Origin: Zygnema circumcarinatum SAG 698-1b
Taxonomy: Eukaryota; Plantae; Zygnematophyceae
Length of the DNA: 64,000 bases
NCBI GenBank assembly: GCA_037447605.1
Contig: CM074804.1
Coordinates: 7,913,909-7,977,908 of the forward strand
Direction: 5' to 3'
The notes under the pieces were generated by a model that saw only the letters and a program-made list of their open reading frames with translations, was not told the origin of the DNA and did no database searches. Positions 48,338 through 61,741 of this stretch are shown here, piece after piece. Every line of letters starts with the position of its first letter. Positions within the stretch are counted from its first letter, which is position 1. Both the position numbers and the translations under genes were made by a program.

Positions 48338-50551
48338 ATGAACTGCCAAGTGTTCGACCTGCGGGAGCTGGTAGGCATCGCTTTCCTCTCGCTCTCCCGC
48401 CCTTTCTTTGTCGCTCTCAGTCTCTCTCTCTCCTATCTCTGTACAACTCTCTCTCCCTCAATCCTCGCCCAAAAGCCTTCCTGCACTTGGAGGACCATCC
48501 CACTCGCGTTTTTTTCAATGCAGTCCGAATTTACCGAACAGTGATTCTTGTGCCAGAAAATTGGTCGTCTCTCTCTGCGCAATTTTCTTTTCAGAAGTGT
48601 TTTTGCTGGTTGAAATATCATCCTCAACAGGTAGAGGCAATTGTAGAGGCAATTCACCACATACATACTTATGTGACTTGCTTGACCACGACGATGCATT
48701 TGTTTTGTTATTTTAAACTTCTCTCCCGTTATGTTTGAGCGCCAGAAATGCCGCATTTCTGACGGTGATGTCAAGGTGCTGGTTAGCAATCCTATGGCTG
48801 CATTCAGTCTACAAAATTTCTCAATGTCAGTCAATCTTCAGAGAGAATTGCTTCTGAATCACCTCCAATCTTTTGCGACTTGAGAAAGTCTCTTGAAGAG
48901 GAAACACAGTAACTCAGCTGAAAAATGGTGCAGAAAACATTGACAGCAGCAGTGCGGATGCTTGGAACGAGCCTGTTCACAAGTTTCTTCATATGATGAC
49001 CTTTTCCTATTTCATGATAGAAAAAGCAGCCTTAACAATGAATATCATCATCTCACTTTAGGGATTTTTCTATCAACTATTGCAGGACGTCGAGCACTAC
49101 CAAATTCGGGAGGTCCTGAGATGTGAGCATTTCTAAATTCCTGCAATTTTTGAATTCCCTAAAAGCCGTATCCAGACTGTTTTCCTGCCTAAAATAGGAT
49201 TACATGAGTTCCTTGTCTTCGGAACATAGGAAAGTTTGTGCGTGGAGAATGAAGAAAAGCAGATGGTGAGGAAATGGTTTCTTTGGATGAGGTCGGTGTC
49301 TCATTTATTCTTCCAATGTCTCTTTCTATTCTTTCCCATTCTCAGGTATTCTCCACACCATCATATTCAACCGCACTTTTGGTCTTGTGAGGCCACGAGA
49401 TGTTGATTCCGAATTGTTTGACATAACATATGTGAGTACTCGCCTTCACTCGTTCCTTTTCAGCTCTCCCTCTTCCACTCCTCGCTGGATGTGGGAACTG
49501 CAACAAAAAGCAACCTCTCTCGATGATTTGTCACTCGAAGTTTTTGTTTTATCGTTTGTTTCCTTGTTGGACGTCCCTTCTGTGCGACGTCCGCTGCGTA
49601 TTGGTTCGGGTTCAGCATATGCTTTGAGGCTTGAGGGCCGCAGGTTCAATGTGGTGACTCCGCAACTGAGAAGAAGATTGAAGAAAAAATTGACCACTTC
49701 TGCAATTGGGTGGAAAAGCATCCAACGAGGAATGGTCAGGTATGGCTTTTTTTTTTTACCAAAGGAATAGGCTCTTGCTTTTGCCTTTTTGCTTTCTTCA
49801 GAAGTTCTCCTTTTTGGAGAAGTCGCCCAAGAGAGGAGGGGAGTGGTGCCAGCACTCCTTTGCATCTGATTGCAGCTGTCTCTGCAATCCTGAATCCCCT
49901 ATGTATCCTTGCTTATAGGAGCCCATTCGAAGCAACAATTACGTGACTTTGTTCTCATAAAAATGCTCCTTGAAACTCTAGACATAGCTCGTGGACCTGT
50001 TACAGGTATGCTTGTCCTTTTTCGAGAAGCGCAATCGGCAGACTTCGTGGTTCGGCACCCGGGCGGCGCAACAACCCTTTTGGGAGCAGTGGTGCATTCA
50101 CCTTCATGTCTTGTCAGAGGGTCGGGAGGTCCCTCCTGCAGAGGGAGATAGCCAGCAGGGAACTTCAGGTGAGCCTTAGAGCTGCATGCTGTAATGCCTC
50201 CAGTTACTCCATCCTCCAGTTTCGTCAGGATACAGAGAAACCTGCCATGTAAGAGAAAGGTGGGAGGGCTGATGCTTAAGTCTTTCCTTAACATGTCATC
50301 TTTGCTTTCTCGCTCTCTTTTGGATCAGAGGAGGAGGCAGAGGAGAGGTCTCGGAGGCAAGTAGCCCTGGAAGGTGATTTGAGAGAGGTGTTGATGCAAG
50401 TGCTGGCGATAGTGAATGAGAAGAAGGAGCACATACCCCCTGTGGCGTCATCAGACATTCCTACGTTCCCATACGACATCACCATCCCAACGTATGCCAT
50501 CATCCTCCCCTCGTCTCTCCTTGTACTGTGAGGAGGTATGTGGTGGAGAGG

Positions 50552-50591
<40 letters not shown>

Positions 50592-50715
50592 GTTGGGCAC
50601 CTCACTCATCCCTCTTTTTCTCCGTGATCCATGTCACAGTTCCACGGACTCCGCTTTCGGAATGGACATGTTCAAGCGCATGTTGCAGTCAAGCCCCCCT
50701 CAGATGCTCGGCTGA
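48338..50715 (+). CDS. ATG101: Autophagy-related protein 101
   Basis: Spliced: MNCQVFDLREL-DVEHYQIREVLR-ILHTIIFNRTFGLVRPRDVDSELFDITY-VQCGD...EKKIEEKI-VCLSFFEKR...WFG...FWEQWCIHL-...KKEHIPP...FPYDITIP-DSAFGMDMFKRML...MLG*. This is colinear with plant ATG101, including the WF finger. Confidence 0.93.
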
Positions 50716-51619
50716 CGTCAGCCTCTCCTCACTGTACCATCTTATGTACAAATTATGTGCCATATCAAATGGGCCGAACAATAAAACAGCCCCAGTGAAG
50801 GTGAGAGGCCTTGACTTTTCTGGGCCTTTCTGTTGCTTGGCTCTGTTTTATTTCCTGTAGACAAAGTGAGGGTTTAGGACCTGGCTTGCCTTAGTGTCCC
50901 GAGGAAAGGGGGCTTTTTTAAGTTCCGACATTTGGGATTGGCTTTTTGTGTGCAGAAGACGCTTTTGATGATCTGAGCCGCCCCTCTCTCGTCTTCCGAT
51001 GGATGCGAGATTTGGATTTACCTTTTTAGGATCGACTTTTTGACTTAGTATAGACAGTGAAGAAACTGTACATATGTGTATATGTGTGTATGTATATATG
51101 TATGTATGTGTATGGAGGCTACTGCCACTGCCACTGCCACTGCCACTGCCACCTCGTGGGTTTCTAGGAGGGAGACCTGCATGAACCGCCCGCTGCTTGT
51201 CCTTCACAGCGGCACGGTCGCCATGACCAAGCTCCTCGAGCTTCCTTCCTCCACACATTTCGAGCGCGCATGCTGCATTGTGAGATTCGCTTTATGGAAC
51301 TTCCCATGTGGCTTTTGTGACACCATTCCACCGCATCGTCTTCGTCTTCTTCGTCTTCTTCTTCTTCTTCTTCTGCATTTGGCATCGCCATCGTGAGTTC
51401 AATGCTATGTTCCTCTTCTTCTTGTTTGTTCTTGTTCCTTGTTTCTTTTTTGTTTTGTTTTGTTTTTTTTTTTTTGTATGTATGATGACCCTACGCCATA
51501 TCCGTGGCCGGGTCTGTACCCCTACCTGCCTTCTCCTCACCCAAAACACTCGTGGTTTTTTTGCGCCGTCCGTACAAAGCTCGTGGTTTCCAGGTATTTC
51601 GTACAGTACGGTTCATGTA

Positions 51620-52187
51620 CAGTAGGGGGTCCTCATATTTTCCACCCTGGTTCCGGCCAATATGAGGCGAAAATATTAATTTTGCATATATAAGGTTCGT
51701 GTTACGAATAGACGGGCGGTATTATGTTAGAGTTCATGTTGGACCGTATGTATCGTATCGTATGATATCGTACCGTATCGTACTGTCTTGTTTAGTATCG
51801 TATCGTATCGTGCCATATCGTGACGCATAGACGTAGTTTTTCGCTTTCTGTTGTTCGTCTCAGCTCGTACGGCTCGTACGGACAATACCTTATCGGGGCG
51901 TTTCGTATCGTATCGTCTAGTATCGGATAGTGTCGTACCGGTCATTTCGTATCGTATCGTATCGAAGCCAGGAAGAAGGGGAGAAGAGCGAGCGCCTCTT
52001 ACGGCGGCACGAGCGGGGAGATTAGGTGAGTTTAGCGTAAGCCCGTAACGGCTAGTACAGATAGTACGAATAGTACGAATAGTACGGCTAACACAAGTTA
52101 CCGTACAAAAAGGTGGTTTCGGCAAAATCGGGGCGAAAATATTGAGGACGCACTCCTTAGGGTGGTAAATACGAGGACCCCCCACTG
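51620..52187. mobile_element. Non-autonomous Tc1/mariner-type MITE (568 bp)
   Basis: ~29-bp TIRs CAGTAGGGGGTCCTCATATTTTCCACCCT ... AGGGTGGTAAATACGAGGACCCCCCACTG are flanked by TA on both sides. The interior is (CGTAT)n and (TAGTACGAA)n with no transposase ORF. Confidence 0.85.
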
Positions 52188-52484
52188 TACGGCGGCCTCG
52201 CCCTCGACCCTCGTTGAGGGAGGTAAAGAATTTGAAATTTCGGCGTCCGAAAGGGCGGGAGAGCAAGGGAAGCAGGGTCTCGCGTCTCTCTCTCTACCTC
52301 TCTCTCTCTCTCTCTCGCACATATTCTCTCTTGTGACAGTCCGTAACATATTCTGGAATCTCTTGGCACCACTTTTTCTCCGTTTCTAAGGCACCGGTTT
52401 ACGCAGACAGATATTGTTTTTTGAGATTCGCAGGTTTTGAGCATTGCTTGCTTGTCGGATTTTCTGCTTTTTTTCAGCAGCAGG

Positions 52485-55251
52485 ATGGCAGGGCCAAGCA
52501 ATGAGAGCTCTGCAGAGCAACTCAAGCAGGCAGATTTGAAGTACGAGGAAGGTCGCGCAGCTCTGAAGGAGGAGGATTACGACCGAGCAATAGAGCTTCT
52601 CGGAGCAGCTTTAGAAATCAGGTGCGTATTCAGCTCGTCACTTTATATTGCAGATTAAGCGAAGGCTGGAAGTTGCGACGTCGCTTCTTGCTGAGTATCA
52701 AGATTCTTTTGATGACCATGTCCACGAAGATATTGCTGAGCGCTGCATCTTGCCGTGGAATTCGAATATTTTGAAGCTGCTCAGCTGCTGTTGCATTATG
52801 ATTTTTATGGCTTTCCTATGAATGCATGTTTTCTAAATTTCATGGGTCAGAATGTACAATTTGAATTTATTTTATTTCTAAACTTGTCAATGTTAAATCA
52901 ACGAGTATGTGGCGTTGCTGTGATGTTATTTGCCAGAGTCAAACACTATGGGGAACTCGCTCCTGAATGCGCGAGTACTTATTTCAAATATGGATCCGCA
53001 CTCTTCTATAAGGTGCAAGCGGAGGCGGATGCGTTTGGAGGTCGCGCCGCTGAAGTCGACAAGGGAGCTCTTGCGGAGGATGGAAAGGAACAGGAGCTTG
53101 GTAAGGATTCCGGCAAAACACTTTTCAAGAAATGTGTATTCTGTTCAACTGAAGGTGCAGACTATCTTATGTTGTCAACTCCAGTCATCCATTCATTCAT
53201 TGAATCGGCAAAAAGGGTCGCTAGATGTTGTGACTTTGTGATTCAAAGTGAGATGAGAGAGATGTGTTGTATTTATTTCCTTCTATATCACTTTTGGAAC
53301 GGATTAAGCTTTTGAGGAGCAAAATGTCTTGTATGTCAATTGAACCATTCTTTTTGACAATACCGTGTGTGCAGAAACAATGGAAGAGGAAGAGGAGAAC
53401 GAGGGAGAAGAAAAGGAGGGAGATGAAGGGGATGAGGAACTCCTGGATGAAGACGAGGGTGACATGGAACTTGCCTGGAAACTTCTGGAAACCGCAAAAG
53501 TGATCCATGAAAGACAAGCAGAGCGCTCTGTGGAAGAAGCTGACGTCATTGCCACCTTGGCTGACATCAACCTTGAGAAAGGTGAACTCCTAGAAGTTCA
53601 TACATTTGTTTTGATTGATTCAATCATTGAACCGCCCACACTTGCCAGGAATCACTTGTAAACCGACATCCGACCGTTTTATTTGCAAGTTAGTCTGACA
53701 GCTTTAATCAGGTTGATCGGAGCACATGTTTCTGTAAGAGGTTGCATGCCAGTAATAGACTTAATTGAAGTGAGAGGAGTGGTTCAATGCAGAGGACTTC
53801 TCAACGAGCCTGCAAGACTATAAGAAGGCGCTGCAGATACTGGAGGGCTTGGTTCAGCCAGATGACAGAATGTTGGCGGAACTGTATCCGCTTGTACATT
53901 TGATGGGCAGGAATTTCTCTATCTCCCTCTCTCTCTCGCACGCACGCACCCACCCTTTGTTGTGGAGATTGGGGGGATACCGAGTCGAGGCAGGGATGCC
54001 ACTTTGTTTTTCGAGTGGCTGAAACGCATCCTCGAGAGAGAATGTTTGATCGCCTTGTGTCTGAGACTGGCTTCTGGTTGAGTTAGTTCAATAGTTACTT
54101 GATGACCTGAATTGGAAGTAATCCCGGCCGTTATTTCAAGGAGCGAACACACAACTTTGCTGGTTGCTGTCGTAACTGAGATGCTTAATTTATTATGCAC
54201 GAATTTAAAGCGCGCCCTCTACCTCGAGCTTTATTCCTTAACTCTCCTCCGCAGTCTTTTTAAAATTTGCCTCTGTCAGCAAATGGCTGAGCAGCCCCAG
54301 GATGCTCTCGACTTCTGCCGACGAGCTATGGCTGTCTGTGAGGCTCGACTTCAACGGCTAAGGAGGGAATTACTCGCTGCTTCAGGTGGGACTAAGCTGA
54401 AAGGGAAGGGAAAGATGGAGGAAGAGGGAGGGAGAGCAGGTGCGCAAAGGGAAGATCTCGACCACAAGAAGGAAGAAGCAGAGGATGTTTCTGCGATTGG
54501 AAGCGGAGTACTATCGACGGAGAAGAACGGTGGCGAATCAGAGAGAAGTGAACGAGGGAAGGAAACTGCAGAAGCATCGGCAGTAGAGAAAGAAATAAAG
54601 GAGATTGAGGCTCTCCTTGTTGACATAAAGGAGAAAGTACGTCTCTGCTCCTGGCTCCAAGCGACATGTCGGTATTCTAATAATATCACAGATCTTTTTT
54701 TTAAGCATCTGCCTCTCGTGGTCTCTTTCATTTGAAATATCATCTTTACCAACTCTCGCATGAAGTCAACCGAAAAAAATAGTGTGCAATAGTTTCCTTC
54801 TCTCCCACGTGAAAGTGTTTAGAATGATTCATCCCAATCCTTTCCCAGTAATAGTACTATTGTGGTGTCGGCTTCTATGGGGCAGGAGGAGGATCTTCTC
54901 CAGCAGGCAGCAGCTCCCTCTCTGGAAGAAGCCATGAAAATGTCATTTCCAGAAGCAGTGCAGGAAGTGCGCTCTCTGTTCAGTGCGGCAGCCGCCTCTT
55001 CAGAGGTTCCTAATTCAGCTGCAGCTCAAGGGAGCCCCTCCTCTTCAGGGTTTGATGCGCCACAGCTGGGGGGGTCTTCAGGAGGGGGGACCTCCTCGAT
55101 CGTGACAGCTGTCACGGATTTGGGTGTGGTAGGGAGGGGAGTGAAGAGAGCTGCGCCCATTGCAGTTTCATCCCCTGTGGGAGAGGGCCAGCCACAGTCT
55201 AAAAGGATGAGTGTGGAGGAGCCTGCAGCTGCCACGGATTCTGGGGTGTGA
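52485..55251 (+). CDS. NASP: NASP/SIM3-like histone H3 chaperone (SHNi-TPR)
   Basis: TPR1 (YEEGRAAL...AIELLGAALEIR), YGELAPECASTYFKYGSAL, an acidic insert, DMELAWKLLETAK, LADINLEK-EDFSTSLQDYKKAL, a coiled coil, and C-terminal DLGVVGRGVKRA. Confidence 0.9.
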
Positions 55252-55452
55252 GTGGAAGTCAGAGAGGGAGGGCGGAAGGAGGCGGAGGCTCAACGTGGTA
55301 TTTGCTTTTCTTCGTACATTTTCTGAGCAATTTGGAGATTCCCTGGGTGGATAAAGGGGTCTGTGTAACCTATTGAGTAGAGGACTAGCTTTTGGCGTCG
55401 TCAGGAGGCTTCACGAAAATACAAAGGATATATGGGGTACTTCACATGTGTC

Positions 55453-55565
55453 GGGGGTCATCATGGGTATGATTGTGGGGGTCATCATGGGTATGATTGT
55501 GGGGGTCATCACGAGGATCAGTATGGGGTTCATCATTTATGATGATGGAGGTCATTATGGGGGCA
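55453..55565 (+). repeat. 24-bp GGGGGTCATCATGGGTATGATTGT tandem repeat, degenerating rightwards
   Basis: Two perfect units plus partial ones, about 200 nt after the NASP stop. Confidence 0.85.
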
Positions 55566-56479
55566 TGGAGATGGGGTGCCATTTGCCCGTTCTGTGGTGA
55601 TGGCTTCCTGTCATCAGTGCTGTGTTGTGCTCCAACATTCGCATGCTGGCCTTGTGTTGAGCTTGGTGACTTACCAGCGTAAAAAGCAGTGAGAATGGGG
55701 AAGAGGCCAGGGAGAGGGAATCGCTTTACACAGTGTGAACGGCAAGAAGCATCAGAACACATTAGAATCAAGTTTTTTTTGAAAATGCAGAATTTCTATG
55801 GGAGCCAAAAGGGGTTCAGAACTGGAGGGTCCAGCCTTGGACCTTTCAAACAGTGACAAGCAAATTTTCATGCACTGCAATTTTTTTTTTCATAATTCAT
55901 GAGCCTCTTTAAACAGGCGTTTCGTTTCAGTACTGTAATGTAAAACCAGGGGATGGAAAGTCATCAAATGGCTGGACTGACTTAAAAATTGAAATTGGAA
56001 AAAAGGCCATGAAACTAATTATAACAATGTTCCAACATAGACGTACAGCAGCGACACGTGGCTCGAATCCACTCACCGCCACGTGGCATCCTCCTATTGG
56101 CTTGCAGACATGCCTATACCTCCCACCTTATCCACCGGCATCTCACCTCAAGACGCGGAGGCTTCCTCTTCCACACCTAATAAAACCGTTACCTCTTTTG
56201 CCGAACCTCAAAATCTGCTCCCGAGCCTTCCCCGAGCCTCATCCGAACCCGTCACCTGACAACCCCAGAAGCTTCCACCCACTTCCCAATGACCGAAAAG
56301 GCGGCGCTCAGGATCATATCCTAACCAGATGCACTGCACCTCAACGTGACCTTCGCGGTAGCTTCGCAGTGGGTCTGGCCCTGCCTAGGCAGTGCCTATC
56401 CTCAACAGATCGACGGCTCAGAGCGCGCCAAAAACGCCTTCCGGCGGCCTATAAAATGCGCGAGCCCTTACTCATCGAG

Positions 56480-56481
<2 letters not shown>

Positions 56482-56537
<56 letters not shown>
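56482..56537. repeat. (CT)n microsatellite in the METE 5' region, representative of many GA/CT tracts
   Basis: Similar tracts occur at about 11275, 16505, 48210 and 50555, and at the 5' ends of most genes. Confidence 0.95.
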
Positions 56538-56540
<3 letters not shown>

Positions 56541-56613
56541 CCCCATCTCTCTTATTCTCTCCCTCACCCCCGCCCTCCCCTCTCTCTCCCTCTCCCTCTC
56601 CCTCTCCCTCTCT

Positions 56614-59600
56614 ATGGTGGCGCACGTGGTGGGCTACCCTCGCATCGGCCCCAACAGGGAGCTCAAGTTCGCCCTGGAAGCCTTGTGGGAGGACCGCGCC
56701 TCCCTCGCGGACCTCCTGCAAGCCGCGGCGGCGCTTCGAGGGGCGGCGTGGAGGGAGATGGAGGAGGCGGGAATTGGGTTCATCCCCAGCAACACCTTCT
56801 CTCTTTACGATCAGGCCAGCCATCTCCACCCCTTCGTATCTCAGAGCCCCAGCTGACTCTTCTATCTGCCGAAGCTTACAGGGATTCAATTTTTCATTCA
56901 AAATTTTCAGGTTGCCATCGCTGATTGCATAAAATGTCGATGCTTGGCGCCCAAATGCCTCTGTGTCTGTGATAATATGTTCTTTGATGTTCTTTGTTAT
57001 GAGGAGATGTTTCCAGTTGATGATGATGGTTGTAGGGGCGATGTTGTGCAGGTGCTGGACACGACCGCGATGTTGGGAGCGGTTCCAGAGCGGTACGGCT
57101 GGACACGTGGCCCCCTCGGATTGGACACATACTTCACTATGGCGCGGGGATCTGCGGAGCAGCCGGCGATGGAAATGACAAAGTGGTTCGACACAAACTA
57201 CCACTACATCGTTCCAGAGATTCATCCCAATATGCAGGTCGCCCTCACTGACCACCCCACTTTATGTTTTGCTTTTTTTAATCTTATCCGGCGTGTAGGT
57301 ATATGCAGGCATGCTCGTATGCTACGTTTCAATCATGTGAAGCATTTTGGTTGAAATTGTAGGAGGGAAACCAATATGTCTACTCTCGATAACTGTTTTC
57401 ATCTTTCTCTACCGATGATGCAGTTTAAACTTTCAAGCAAGAAGGCATATGATGAGTATGTGGAGGCGAAAGGGAAAGGGATCGAAACGGTGCCGGTCCT
57501 ATTGGGGCCCTACACGTGGCTCACTCTCAGCAAGCCGGGAAGGGAGGCTCCCCTCAATACAGATCCGCTGCTCCTTCTTCCCAAGCTTGTTCCCATCTAT
57601 AAGGAGGTTATGAGAGAGCTCGCAGAAGCAGGAGCAAGGTGTGCTAATTTTCAAACCCAAATTTCACACGCTCTTAGATGTCCTTTCTGAACACTTGGAA
57701 TGCTCTGAAAGGGGGTAACTCTTCAGCTTAAAGTGATCCAAAACCAACTTGATTCTCGTTATGTTGCAGATGGGTTCAACTTGACGAGCCGGCGATTGTA
57801 TTGGACCTTGAGCCTCATCAGTTGGCAGCATTCCAAGCCGCATATTCAGAACTTGGAATCGGACTTACCGAAAAAAAGGGAGACACACCCGGTCTTAAAA
57901 TTTTGCTGCAGACATATTTCAGCGATCTCCCCCTCGCCACCTTCAGAGCTATTTCCTCCCTCCCCTCTATTGCAGCTTTGGGAGTTGACCTTGTGAGAGG
58001 ACTCAGCACTGCCAAGCACGTGCTGGAGATGGGCCTGCCAGATGGCAAGCTCTTATTCGCCGGTGTTGTAGATGGGCGCAGTGTTTGGGCCAATGATCTG
58101 GCAGAGTCTCTCTCTCTCCTTCAAGATTTGGAGAGGGTTTTGGGAGAGGGGAGGGTGGTGGTATCCACATCCTGCTCTCTGCAACACACGGCAGTGGACC
58201 TAAGGAGCGAGAATGAAAGCAATCTGAATGATTTTGATCCAGAAATTAGGACATGGATGGCATTTGCTGCTCAGAAGGTGGTGGAGGTTTCTGCACTCGC
58301 AGCAGCTCTGAGGGGGAAAAAAGATGTGGCATTTTTTGAAGCTAATGCGAGGATGCAGGCATCAAGGAGGAGCTCGGGGAGAGTTCATAATGGAGCTGTG
58401 AAAGAAGCGGTAAGGCCATGACTTCCTTCCTTCCTTCCTTCCTTCATTCATTCATTCATTCATTCACGCACCTGTTCTGTTTTTTGTTGTATTGATAGAG
58501 TTCTCTTATGATGTTGAGAGTTAGATTATGACTTTCAAAGAGACTTATTATAAAAAAAAGGTAAAAATTGTGCAGGTTGCTGCTCTGGAGGGGGGTGAGT
58601 TTTCTCGGAAGACGAAGGTGAGGGAGAGGTTGGCCTTGCAGCAGCAGAAGCTGAAACTCCCTCTCTTGCCTACAACCACGATCGGATCCTTTCCTCAAAC
58701 GCCCGAAATCCGAAGAGTTCGCCGCGACTACAAGAGCAAAAAGTTAGCTCTCTCTCTCGCTCTCACTCTATTCAAAATTTGAAGAAAATTTCACTTTTTT
58801 CAGGCCACTTAAGAGGCTGCTTGCAGAAAGGAAGGAAGGGCCTGAGTTTTCCCCGATTGCGTGAAATTTCAATTTCGCAGAATCTCTCATGAAGCATATG
58901 TGGCCGCGATCCGTGAGGAGATTGCTGCAGTTGTGAAGCTTCAGCTTGAGCTCGATCTCGACGTGCTCGTACACGGAGAACCGGAGGTATTATGCCTCCA
59001 AAAAAAAGAAAGAATTCAACTATTTCAACTATTTTTTTTTTCTCTAGGAATACCTGAAATGCAAAACAGGCAAAACTCTATTTTTAAAAATATGCAAGCC
59101 ATTTCTGATCTGTTTCAAAACCCTACCTTTCCTTGACTGAAGCATTAGGGCTATCTTTATATGTATGGTATGGCGGAGGTGCAGCGGAATGACATGGTGG
59201 AGTACTTTGGAGAGCAGCTGGAGGGGTTCGCCTTTACTAAGGGCGGGTGGGTGCAATCGTACGGCTCACGATGCGTGAAGCCGCCCTTGATCTACGGCGA
59301 TGTGAGGAGGAGGAGGGAGGAGAGGGGGAGGGAGGAGAGAGGGAGGGAGGAGATGGGGAGGGAGGAGGGAGGGAGGGAGAGAGCCATGACTGTGCCATGG
59401 ATGCTGCATGCAAAGGCGCTAGCGGAAGGTTCCGGGAAGCCGATGAAGGGGATGCTGACAGGGCCTGTGACCATGCTCAACTGGTCTTTCGTCAGAAACG
59501 ATCAACCAAGGTGCTTTTGTTTCCCTTTCTTTCTTCATCTCTTTCTGTTATTGATGATGAAAAAGGTTCAAAAGTGTAGTTGTTGCTTCCTCAAACATGA

Positions 59601-60933
59601 TTGAATTGGGTGAATGCATGAGTGCAGGTCTGAGACATGTCTGCAGATTGCTTTGGCAATCCAGCAAGAGGTGCAGGATCTGGAAGCGGCCGGCATTGAG
59701 GTCAGCTTCTGACATGGACATACTTATCGCACATCATCATCACATTCAAGACTTTCGTCCCTTTGGAAAGTCCTGCAACAGGAACCCTAAGAGGTAGCAG
59801 AGACGAAACGAACTTAAACGAGGATAGAAACTTGAAGAAAAAACCGTTTAAGCTTCGTATTATTACTCGCGAATGATACTACTCGCCTTCCTGCTATTCT
59901 TACATTACATCGTCCTCTGCTTGCCTTGCAAGCAAGCAGGTGATTCAGATCGACGAGGCAGCCCTGCGCGAGGGCCTCCCCCTGCGGCCGGGCGAGCGGC
60001 AGCAATACCTGCACTGGGCTGTGCGCGCGTTCCATGTCGCCACGGCGAAGGTCAAAGATGACACGCAGGTGCGTTTCTAGAAACCCTAAAACACCTCCGC
60101 GCTCTATAAAGGCTTGGGTTCATTAGCACATGTCACAACCCTAGCAGCGGAACATGAATGCGTTTCCAACTCACATTCCACTCTGCATGCACGTGCATGC
60201 CTCTGCATGCTTCCCTCCCTCCCGTCCTCCCTCCCTCCCTCGCTCTCTCCCTCCCTCCCGTCATCAGATTCACACGCACATGTGCTACTCCAACTTCAAC
60301 GACATCCTCCCCTCCATCGCGGCCATGGACGCGGACGTGATCACCATCGAGAGTTCGCGCTCTGACCTAAAACTTCTCCGCGCCTTCCGCGAAGGCGGCG
60401 CGCGCTACTACGAGGCGGCCGTAGGGCCCGGCGTGTACGACATCCACTCGCCGCGCGTGCCCACAGAGGAGGAGATGGCGCACCGCATACGGGAGGTAGC
60501 GGATGCGTCTCCCTCTCCCTCTCTCCCTCTCTCTCTCTCTTACACATACATACACACACACGCTCCCTCACGCTCTCTCCCGCGCTTTCTCTCGCCCCCA
60601 CCCTCGTCTCAACCCCTCCCTCCTCCCTCCACCCTCCCTCGCTCCCTCCCGCCCCCCTGCTCCCTGCTTCCTTTCGGAGTGCGTGTGCAGATTCTGGGCG
60701 TGTTGGAGGAGGGCGCGGTGTGGGTGAACCCCGACTGCGGGCTCAAGACGCGGCGGCCGCAGGAGGTGCGCGCGGCGCTGCAGAACATGGTGCGCGCAGC
60801 CAAGAGGGTGCGCGCGGAGCGGAGGAGGGAGGAGGAGGAAGATGGGGGAGAGAGGCAGGGAGGCAGGGAGAGAGGGAGGGAAAGTCTGCGTAACAGGGGC
60901 TCAGTGTTAGGGCAAAAAGGAATGGCTTTTTAG
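56614..60933 (+). CDS. METE: Cobalamin-independent methionine synthase
   Basis: [12 protein letters not shown]...[66 protein letters not shown] (Zn ligands), [11 protein letters not shown], over about 12 exons. Confidence 0.97.
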
Positions 60934-61741
60934 AGGATGGGAGGGGTAAGGGGTCAGCATGTTGAGGAGGTTTCTTTAGCAGGTTTTGTTTCTGACTTGT
61001 AGCGCTTTTTGGGTTTTAGATAGTTTGTCTGAAGGATTAGGATCTGGAGACGTGATGGTTGCTTTTGAAAAAAAAGAAAAATGAAACTAGAGGACCCTCA
61101 CGTTTGCTGAAAAAGATGGCTTCGAGGACAACTGTTTGAATCTCCAACATGATAATAAAAGTCACATTCAGGGCCAAGTTGCTCATGCACATCCAATCAC
61201 AAAGGGGCAAACTCAGATGTACTTACAACGCCTTTACCCAACAGCATTGCCCAATTTAATTTGGGCAAGCACATAGCACAGACCGCTTGCTCACAGTAAG
61301 GTAACAGAATCTATTCACATGGAAAGAAACAAGCAAATGCCTTAAGATCAAAGCATTTCAAGCTTGACATAGCCTCCAGATTAAACCGCTGAAGTTTTCA
61401 GTTATGGTTGAAGCCAAAATTTCAACTTCTAGAAAGAGTACAAGTACAAAGCGTCGCTATGCTAAGAAGTTGGAGAGTAACCTCAAATTAGGGTTTTATT
61501 GCTCCTCAGCAATATGTCAACGTAAGATTCTATGTACCTGAGAATTGGATACCTCGTAATGCAATAAAGATTAAGGCAGCCGTTCACACCACTGAGGATG
61601 CAGCAAATTTAAAGCGCTTGCTCAAGTAATATAGCTCAACAGAGAAAAGCATCTGGGTGCCCTCCAGCTCAATAGAGACTGCGCGAGTAGCAAATGCAGT
61701 TGACGCTTAAAGCTAAAATTCTTAAATGCTCCCACAAAAAA

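Noticed and set aside
50848-51625. Small ORFs, e.g. MAMPNAEEEEEEDEEDEDD at 51391-51164
   Set aside because: Driven by (CTT)n, (GCCACT)n and (TATG)n repeats, with no homology recognised.
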